DNA of 26,212 nucleotides from Emiliania huxleyi CCMP1516 (taxonomy: Eukaryota), in contig NW_005202237.1 in assembly GCF_000372725.1 (NCBI RefSeq), positions 434,001 through 460,212 on the forward strand, given 5' to 3'. Below are positions 18,837-26,212 of this stretch, in pieces. Position 1 is the first letter of the stretch, and every line of letters starts with the position of its first letter. Under the pieces are notes generated by a model. The model was not told the origin of the DNA, did no database searches, and worked only from the letters and a program-made list of their open reading frames with translations. The position numbers and the translations under genes were made by a program.

Positions 18837-19697
18837 CTACCGCGCCTTGTCGGCCTCCTTCAGCGCGTGCGGGAAGAGCAGCGGCACCGTGCGCTGCTTG
18901 AAGGTGTTGACGAGGAAGAATGTGGTGGAGATGAGGGCGATGCGGTAAAACAGCCCCTTGAAGAGACCCTGCACCACGCCGTGCTCGGCCGCGATGGCCT
19001 TCCCCGTCTGCACGATCCCGTCGTACTTGGCGCGCCCCAAGTCACCCTGCATGCACGACTTGATCGTGTCCATCGGGTGAGTGATGACGCCGGCGAGCAG
19101 CGCGCCGCTCAGCGAGCCGGCGGCGAGCGCCGTGTTGCGCTCCCAGCCGGAGGACTCGACGAGCTTCTGCTGGATCAGCGGCGTCACGCCCAGCATCGAC
19201 ATGGTAAACATCGCCTCGCGCCCCATCGTCATCGTCGCGCCGCGCGAGAGCGAGGAGGCGCCGTACTCTTGCACGATCCTCGCGGGAGTGCCGAGCGTGC
19301 TGCCGCCGAAGCGCTGCTGCTGGATCATGCACAGCTCCCAGATGCTGCACGGGATCCCCGACGCGAGCCCGCCCAGGAAGGCGCCGCCCACCTGCACCCC
19401 GTCCTGGCCCATGCCCGAGCCCGCGAGGAGCTTCTGGAAGAAGCCGGTCGCGCCAAACTGGACGGCGTTGGTGCCGCCCAGGTTCATGCACGCCATCGGC
19501 AGGCCGCGGTACACCTGCAGCGGGCTGAACGAGCCCTTCGCCGTCGTCCAGGTCGTCGAGATCGGCAGCCCTTGCTGCTGCGTGTTTTTCCAGACGAGGA
19601 AGGGGTAATTGCACGACTTGGCCATCACGCCCGTCACCATGCCGAGCAAGCAGTTCTCGCCACCGGAAAGGCGCTGCAGCGCCTCGCGGTCGCTCAT
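18837..19697 (-). CDS. Mitochondrial carrier (SLC25) family protein
   Basis: 286 aa from ATG at 19697 with three repeats; HPMDTIKSCMQ signature plus VYRGL, LSRGA...RE and GLFKGLFYR. Confidence 0.92.
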   Translation of the reverse strand: MSDREALQRLSGGENCLLGMVTGVMAKSCNYPFLVWKNTQQQGLPISTTWTTAKGSFSPLQVYRGLPMACMNLGGTNAVQFGATGFFQKLLAGSGMGQDGVQVGGAFLGGLASGIPCSIWELCMIQQQRFGGSTLGTPARIVQEYGASSLSRGATMTMGREAMFTMSMLGVTPLIQQKLVESSGWERNTALAAGSLSGALLAGVITHPMDTIKSCMQGDLGRAKYDGIVQTGKAIAAEHGVVQGLFKGLFYRIALISTTFFLVNTFKQRTVPLLFPHALKEADKAR

Positions 19698-20079
19698 CAC
19701 GCGGCTCACCCACTCCACGCGCTGGCGGTTCGCTCGAGGGGTCGGGAGGCTGGGAGGCGAGCGGGTGCGCGGCCCCCGCGTCCTGGGTTTGATGAAAAAA
19801 AGTTTGCGTGGATTTGAGAAAAAAACGCCGGGCCGCTCCCGTGCCCAGTGTCGTGCGAAAAAGAAAAGGTGCCACCCGCATGGAAAAAGAAAGAATGCAG
19901 GCAGGGACAGGAGGGCGACACCAAGGCGATGACGAGCGGCGGCACGCGAAGACCGACCCGAACAGCCTTGCTGGCTGCCATTTCAAGGCAACTCGCAAAA
20001 GGACGCTAGCTAGCTACATGGCTCATGGGAGGGCTTCCAAGGATTGACAAGGATATCCACACACACAGCAGGGGCTGGT

Positions 20080-20276
20080 CAGGGACCCGCGAGGGACCAT
20101 GTGGAAGGCCTAGACGGCTAGTGCTAGTCCCCCATCGTCGGGGAGAGAAGAAGAAGGACGCCCCGGCTAGTGCGACCACACCCACACAAAGAACCCTGCA
20201 CAAAGATCGCAAGGGCGGGGGCCTGTTCCTTTTTACCCATCTCACAGTAGAGAGGTGTCCGTTTTTATTTATTTAT
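20080..20276 (+). mobile_element. Dispersed repeat family B, about 200 bp with (TTTA)n end
   Basis: Close reverse-complement match to 23402-23584, e.g. CAAAGAACCCTGCACAAAGATCGCAAGGGCGGGG and TTCCTTTTTACCCATCTCACAGTAGAG. Confidence 0.82.
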
Positions 20277-20364
20277 GTGTCGTGTGGATTCGGATACACA
20301 CACGCGGCCCGCGTTGCCCCCCCCCCCCCCACCCACCGCGTCCCCCGCCTGGCACGGCGCGCCT

Positions 20365-21861
20365 CTAGCTCCTCGACGACTGCGGCCGCGGCCGCAGGCT
20401 GCTGCTGCCAAACCCACCGCTGCGGACGGTGCGGCTCGTCGCCGGCTCGCTGCTGCTGAGGAGGGTCGCCATCCGCTGCGCGTGCGGCACGGGCACAATT
20501 GGCGTGGCCAAACGGCTCGAGAGCGTCGCGGAGAGGCCTTGCGACCCGGAGGCGCGCATCGCCTCGGCGATAGTGCTGCCGCCGGTGCTTCCCGCCCACG
20601 TCCTTGTCAGCTCGCCAAGCTGCTCATCGCCCCCAGCGGGGCCGCTCGCGCCAGAGCGCTCCGCCGTCGCTGCCGCCGCCGCCGCCGCCGCTTCTGCGCG
20701 CGCCTCCCGCTCCGCCTTGGAGTGGATGTGCTTTGGGAGCCGCGGCTCCCTAAAGACGCCGTCTCGTTGGAAGGAGGAGTAGAGCGGCGCGGTAAACTCG
20801 ATGCCCTCTCTGCGCGAGCCGCCCTCCTGCTCCTCCGCGGGCTCCCGAAAGATGAGGATGGCGTCGGTGAAGCGCTTCAGGGTGGTGGGCTTCGTCTCCT
20901 TGCCAACCTTGACCTGCTTTGGCCGCGGCTCGAGGGGCGGCGCCGGCGCGGAGGTGAGCTTCTCGTCTGGCGGCCGCGCAGCCTTCCTCCCGCTACCAGC
21001 GGCGCGCTCCGGCCCCTCCTGGTCGATCTTGAAGGGGTCGGCGGCGAGGGGAGGTCGGCCGATGGCGGAGTAGACCTCGGGCTTGGCCCACCACATCCTC
21101 CTCGCGCGCAGCTCCTCGTGAGACGACACGCCCGATGAGGGGACCCCTCCGTACTCCTCGCCCCGCCCGCCCTCCGCCTCGGCCTCGCGCTGCAGCTCCC
21201 AAAAAGGCCGCGCCTGCCGGGCGTAGAGCGCGCGCTCCTCGCGCGCGAGCGAGCTGGCCGCGACCGTCGCCTGCGACTCCTCGACGCACCGTCGCCTCCG
21301 ATCCGCCATCATTTCCCGTCGCGACCTGCCTTGCGGCGCCCGCTGCAGGTATGCGACCGCCTCCTCGATCCGTTGCCGCCGCCGCTGGTCCGCACCTGGC
21401 CTGTGCGGTTGCTCCGCGGAGGCGACGAGGTCCCTGGCCGCCTCGGCCCGCCGCTTGGCGACCAGCTCGGATCGGCTCGCCACCAGAGGATCCTCCACCC
21501 ACGCGAGAGTGGGGTCCTTTGCGTCCGGCCGGCTGAGAGAGGTGACCATGAGGGCGTACCCGGCGTCGTCCCGCCGCGGAGGGAGGTGGCCGGCGACTGA
21601 CGGGTGGTACGAGGAGGTTGCATCTCCGCCCGCCGCGCACACGGACGCCTGCGTCGCGTCGGCAGCACGAAAGGCTAGCATGTGCGTCCGCGATTGGTAC
21701 CGCTGACCCGCAGCCGAGTCGCACCGGTCGCGGCCGTCATCGCAGGGCACGAACTGCGGCTTGCTGGCCAGGTGTGCGTCGTGGCTCTGCTGCAGGTCGG
21801 CGATCGTCTCGTCGCGGCGCCGGCGCAGCAGCTCGGAGCGGGAGGCGGGCGGACCGGCCAT
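20365..21861 (-). CDS. Hypothetical 498-aa protein with five S-R-x-E-L-x-x-x-R-R-like motifs
   Basis: Intronless ORF from ATG at 21861 with GC3-rich codons; motifs SRSELLRRRR, SRTHMLAFR, SRSELVAKRR, SRREMMADRR and SHEELRARR. Confidence 0.7.
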   Translation of the reverse strand: MAGPPASRSELLRRRRDETIADLQQSHDAHLASKPQFVPCDDGRDRCDSAAGQRYQSRTHMLAFRAADATQASVCAAGGDATSSYHPSVAGHLPPRRDDAGYALMVTSLSRPDAKDPTLAWVEDPLVASRSELVAKRRAEAARDLVASAEQPHRPGADQRRRQRIEEAVAYLQRAPQGRSRREMMADRRRRCVEESQATVAASSLAREERALYARQARPFWELQREAEAEGGRGEEYGGVPSSGVSSHEELRARRMWWAKPEVYSAIGRPPLAADPFKIDQEGPERAAGSGRKAARPPDEKLTSAPAPPLEPRPKQVKVGKETKPTTLKRFTDAILIFREPAEEQEGGSRREGIEFTAPLYSSFQRDGVFREPRLPKHIHSKAEREARAEAAAAAAAATAERSGASGPAGGDEQLGELTRTWAGSTGGSTIAEAMRASGSQGLSATLSSRLATPIVPVPHAQRMATLLSSSEPATSRTVRSGGFGSSSLRPRPQSSRS

Positions 21862-22052
21862 AAGTTGTGTTTTGCTCAAGAGCCCGCGCGAAATGTAACG
21901 GCGAGAAAAACAAAAATCCGCCTCTCACAAGAGGAAGAACTCAGAGGAGAGGGGGGCCTCCTCCGGAGTGAGGATGAGGACCTCGCGCGAAGAGGCCCTG
22001 GGCGGTGACGTCGTGTGAGAGTGCGTGTCGTGTGCATGTCTGGTGTTCATTA

Positions 22053-22281
22053 TAGCTCCGAGTAGAGGGGGCGGTCTGCTGCTAGGGGAAACCCGGAGCG
22101 CGGAGCCAACCCTCGGAGACCCGTGTTTACTTTACGGCCCTTTCCCTGCGAACGCGCACCCCCTGGGCTAGGGCTCTCTTGCCCGCAACCCGATGCCAAT
22201 CATCCGGCCCGCTGGGTGCGCTTCTCAGCTCCCCGGCCCTGGGTGTGCGGTTGCCGACTGCACTCCAAGTGCTCCAAGTGC
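22053..22281. mobile_element. Dispersed repeat family A, copy 3 (inverted relative to copies 1 and 2)
   Basis: Reverse complement aligns across 5349-5574. Confidence 0.8.
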
Positions 22282-23401
22282 TCGCAGAGATCTAGTCTCA
22301 CACGTTCGCCCCTGTCGCGTGTCTGTGTTGTTGTGCTGTTGTTTGTCTCTTGGCACCTTGGAGTGCTGGGGGGGGCGACAGGGGGGACGTGGCCTTGTAT
22401 GAGTGATGTGTACGCCCACTCAGGGTGTGTGGCAGCCCGCTGGCTGGCTGTGTGTCTTGTGAGCTTGTTTGTGTCTGTGTGTCGCTCGTGCGTGTCGTCA
22501 TCATCTGTCCAGCGTCCACCCATACCGCGTTGGTGTCCAGTCCGAGCCTGACAGCTGACTGTTCTTCCCTTCCTACATACATACATGAAGAAACCCCTCC
22601 CGCTCCTCCTCCTCCCCCCCCCCCCCCTCCCCCCTCCCTTCCCCCCAGCCGGTCGCCGCCGGTGCGAAGACGGAGCCCCTGTCTTTTTGTTGTTGAGCAC
22701 TTGAGCACTGGATAGGGTCGATTCCACATGCGACATGGTACTGGACCCCTCGATCGTCTCGCCCTCCCTCACTGCACATTGGTGTGTTCAGGGGGGGGGG
22801 GGGGGGGTCATAACAAACACGGTACAGGATCGAGGTGCACTTTTGTTGTTAGGGTCTTAGCGAGAACGAGCGGGGAGAGGGCACGGAGAGGGGGTGGGAA
22901 GGGTCACCCACAGCATTAGATAATAACAACCCAAGACAACCCGAAGCCGCCCGAAAGGAAAAATCTTGCGCCGCCTTCGATCGGCAGAGCGATATGGACA
23001 CCATGCTTCAGCCAGACCGACCACAGACCGACTCCGGCTCCTCTGGCGCTGGTGCTCGCTCTCCCGCCGCAGCGTCTCCATCTGCGCCGGTGGAGCGTGC
23101 AAGACGCTGGCTCCGCGGGCGTGATGGAGGCAGCATGCGCCATTCTGTCCTCCTCACACGAGTCCGTCTCTGTCCTCGCCGGGGCATGCTGCGGAGTGTG
23201 TCCACGCGGCAATGTCGTCGTCTTTGACGACGCGGGCGCGTGCTGCCTCCGGCTGACTACTCGCGGCCGACGCGGCGGAGGCGTCCGGCGACGAGGAGGC
23301 CGCGAGGGCGGCGCGCGACGAGTATGAGTGGCTGGCGTGGTCTGAGTGACAGTGAGGCGCCAAAATTGGGCACATCGATGTGGTGTCTCGAGATGTGTGT
23401 G

Positions 23402-23584
23402 TAAATAAATAAATAAAAACGGACACCTCTACTGTGAGATGGGTAAAAAGGAACAGGTCCCCGCCCTTGCGATCTTTGTGCAGGGTTCTTTGTGGGTGTG
23501 GTCGGCGACTAGCCGGGGTCGTCCTCCCGATGCGCGATGGGGGACTAGCACTAGCCGTCTTCCACATGGTCCCTCGGGTCCCTG
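23402..23584 (-). mobile_element. Dispersed repeat family B, inverted copy
   Basis: TAAATAAATAAATAAAAACGGACACCTCT...GGTCCCTG is the reverse complement of 20080-20276 with small indels. Confidence 0.82.
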
Positions 23585-24294
23585 CTGCTCCTAATCTCTT
23601 CGTACATCCTCCTGCTGATCTCCGCAACGTCCTGCTCCCTCCCTCGTCTCACTCTGCGCGTCTGCTCCGCCTCACCGTCGTCTGCCCTGCGTCGTCTGGT
23701 GTGACGGGTCCTGATACGGCTCTATATTGTGTGTGTGTCATAAAAAAGTCAACACTTTGCGCGACGTCGCTCTGGAACCTCTGGCTCTGCACTCTCTGGG
23801 CAGAGAGACGCTGTGCCTGTGGCGTGTGGGCGCAGAGGAGGTGCGGCCCCTCCGTGGTAGAATGCCATAGCGCGCTATACTCTACAATACTACACATGAA
23901 TCTCTGTAGATGCCGCACGGCGCGGGCTTGCGGCTTGCGGCCACTCTCGACGCGGCTTTCACGAACGTATTCGCGCATCGCTGTGACAGATCACGCCCAG
24001 CGGCAACAATCGCATGCGACTCACACCTTCTAGCTAGACGAGACACCGACCGCCGCAACACAGCCTGGGTCGACAAACATGAATTCAACATCTGTCCGGG
24101 TGGACCCGCAATCACTCAGCACGTACGTATAGCAACAGGCACGACCCACTGCATCCATGGCATGCGACATGCGTACTCCATGCGAGGTATGCTCCATCAC
24201 GCCAAACCAGCAGCTCGTCGCCTATGGAAGGAAGGCAGAGGCGCCGTTGCAGGAATTGAGAAGTCACGATCTCGGGCCGAGCGTCTGAGCCGGC

Positions 24295-24591
24295 CTACCA
24301 CAGCCCTGGCTGCTGCTGCTGTTTTCCGCGGTTGACGGATGCCATGGCGTCACAGAGCTCGGTGAAGGTCATGGAGTCTGCCCGGTCACCGTCCGGAAGG
24401 CGCGGCACCGCCTCGGAGAGGTCGGCGGGAATGATGCTGTCGAGCGCGGCGGTGCGGGCTGGCTGAGGCAAGAGGAGCGGAATACGTGCCTTGCTCACAC
24501 GCAGGGGCACTCGCGAGAAGATTACAGAGCGCTGTGCCGTCGGCGCGGCGGCTGCGAGCGCGACAAAGGTGAAGAAGACACTCACACTCAT
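24295..24591 (-). CDS. Possible first exon of a secreted or plastid-targeted hypothetical protein
   Basis: MSVSVFFTFVALAAAAP is signal-peptide-like. A TG|GTAGG donor-like site overlaps the stop. Downstream exons are unresolved. Confidence 0.3.
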   Translation of the reverse strand: MSVSVFFTFVALAAAAPTAQRSVIFSRVPLRVSKARIPLLLPQPARTAALDSIIPADLSEAVPRLPDGDRADSMTFTELCDAMASVNRGKQQQQPGLW

Positions 24592-25049
24592 CGTGTTCCA
24601 GCAAGGCACTCCAAGGGGGGACGGGATTTCGGCAAAGTTTCCCGAAGTTTGGGGTGTGTATTCTTTTTTACCTCTCTCAGTGTACGTACTTTTAGCTAGC
24701 TCTCTCTCAGTGTATGTAGCTCTTACGTACATTCCCGTAGGAGACTCTACTGACAGGGTTTGCGATGAGGAGCGACCCGAAGGGTTTCTCGGAGGTTAGT
24801 GCACCACTAACCGCCGAAGCCGCGAAGCGCAAGCGCTGGGAGCAAGAACACTACGACCTGGGTCGGGCTCATACTAGTAGTCCCCGAGCCGACGTTCTGG
24901 CTCAGCGAGGCTGCTGCGGAGCACTCGCGGACCGGTTCTTCTGGTCCAGCGAGGCCGCTGCGGGGCACCCGGCGGCTCGGGTCACTTCTCATCTTTTTTG
25001 CGGAACTCAAGCTGAAATTCTGGGAACCGTGGCCGGCCCCTGCCCTGCC

Positions 25050-25083
25050 CCTACCTACCTACCTACCTACCTACCTACCTACC
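25050..25083. repeat. (CCTA)8 microsatellite
   Basis: Directly visible. Confidence 0.95.
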
Positions 25084-25690
25084 ATACTTATGGGAAACTA
25101 AAAAAGAAATCACTGGAAAGGGTGAAGGTGAGGTACTATACGTAATACGAACTAAAGTGATGGTTGGTGGGCCTTCCCCGGGCACAGCCTTTCGGTTCGT
25201 GAAGGGTCGGTGCGTGTCGTGACCCCCTGGAACACCCGATCCGCAGCTGCTCAAGGAATGCTGGCGGTGGCGTGCTGCTCACCACCTACTCAGTTGCGGT
25301 GCGAGACCTGCAAGAGCTCACGCGTGCTCACCCGAAGACGGTCACCTTTGATCACGCGTACCGCCACCTGTCGAAACAACAAACCCCCCCCCTCTCGACC
25401 TGCTTCCAGCCTGGCACAAGCGCGAACAAGCTGTATTACTCGCCTCGGCTCGGGTTCCCTTGACTTCACCCGCGCCACCCGCATCACCACCGGCAACTCG
25501 GGCGACTCTCTCTCCGCCCGCTGCTGGGAGCTCGCGATGCTTTTAAGCAATCTAACTCTGCACATTTGGGCAACATCCGTTCACTGGAGCACTTCGCCAC
25601 CGAGGTCTAACCTAACAGGGTGTCCCGCCACCAACCACAACGACCCCTGGATGGAATTGCGACTCGCCGCTTTCCTCCCCGCTGTCTGTG

Positions 25691-25884
<194 letters not shown>

Positions 25885-25919
25885 GCAAAAGAATTTGAGA
25901 AACAAACTCGTGAATGGGC

Positions 25920-25983
25920 GGGCCCGGGGTTGTGCGTTTATGTGAACATAGGGGCCCGGGGTTGTGCGTTTACGTGAACATAG
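25920..25983 (+). repeat. 32-bp tandem duplication (1 mismatch)
   Basis: GGGCCCGGGGTTGTGCGTTTAYGTGAACATAG x2. Confidence 0.93.
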
Positions 25984-26212
25984 CGCCACCCACGTATTTT
26001 CTTCTCACAACAATGGCTTCGCGCCCTATTAGTCGCCCTATTAGTCGCGCCCCGGGCCCCATGCCCGACTGTGGAATGCCAGCGCCGCCGCGGTCGCCGA
26101 TTCGTGTTACCGCCATCTCTCTCCGGCGGCGTCCCGACCGCTGGCGCGCGTGCGAGGACCACCTGCGAGGCCTGCTTGGCGACGGCTTCGACATGTTTGA
26201 AGGCACAGACGC

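Noticed and set aside
18867..19998. Long antisense and alternative-frame ORFs over real genes (also over TMEM144, Tic21 and the 498-aa ORF)
   Set aside because: Shadow ORFs expected from stop-codon scarcity at high GC.

Overview
GC-rich eukaryotic nuclear DNA, not prokaryotic. It has short spliceosomal introns, many with GC-AG ends, a 100-N scaffold gap, a plastid-targeted protein and a mitochondrial carrier. The style suggests a haptophyte such as Emiliania/Gephyrocapsa huxleyi (inference). Supportable genes are a frameshifted Tudor-like ORF beside the gap, a 4-exon TMEM144-family transporter, a GT61-like glycosyltransferase, a 5-exon HET/TIR-like + LRR protein, an atypical FHA protein, a multi-exon hypothetical gene followed by an XPA-like ORF, Tic21/PIC1 (DUF3611), an SLC25 carrier with deviant motifs and an Arg-rich repeat protein. 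Intergenic DNA carries two dispersed repeat families with tandem-repeat tails (3 copies each), perfect hairpins and microsatellites. The best candidates for new biology are the NTPase-less HET-LRR protein and the SINE-like repeat families. No CRISPR, rRNA or tRNA was seen. All family calls come from motif recognition by eye, not from searches.
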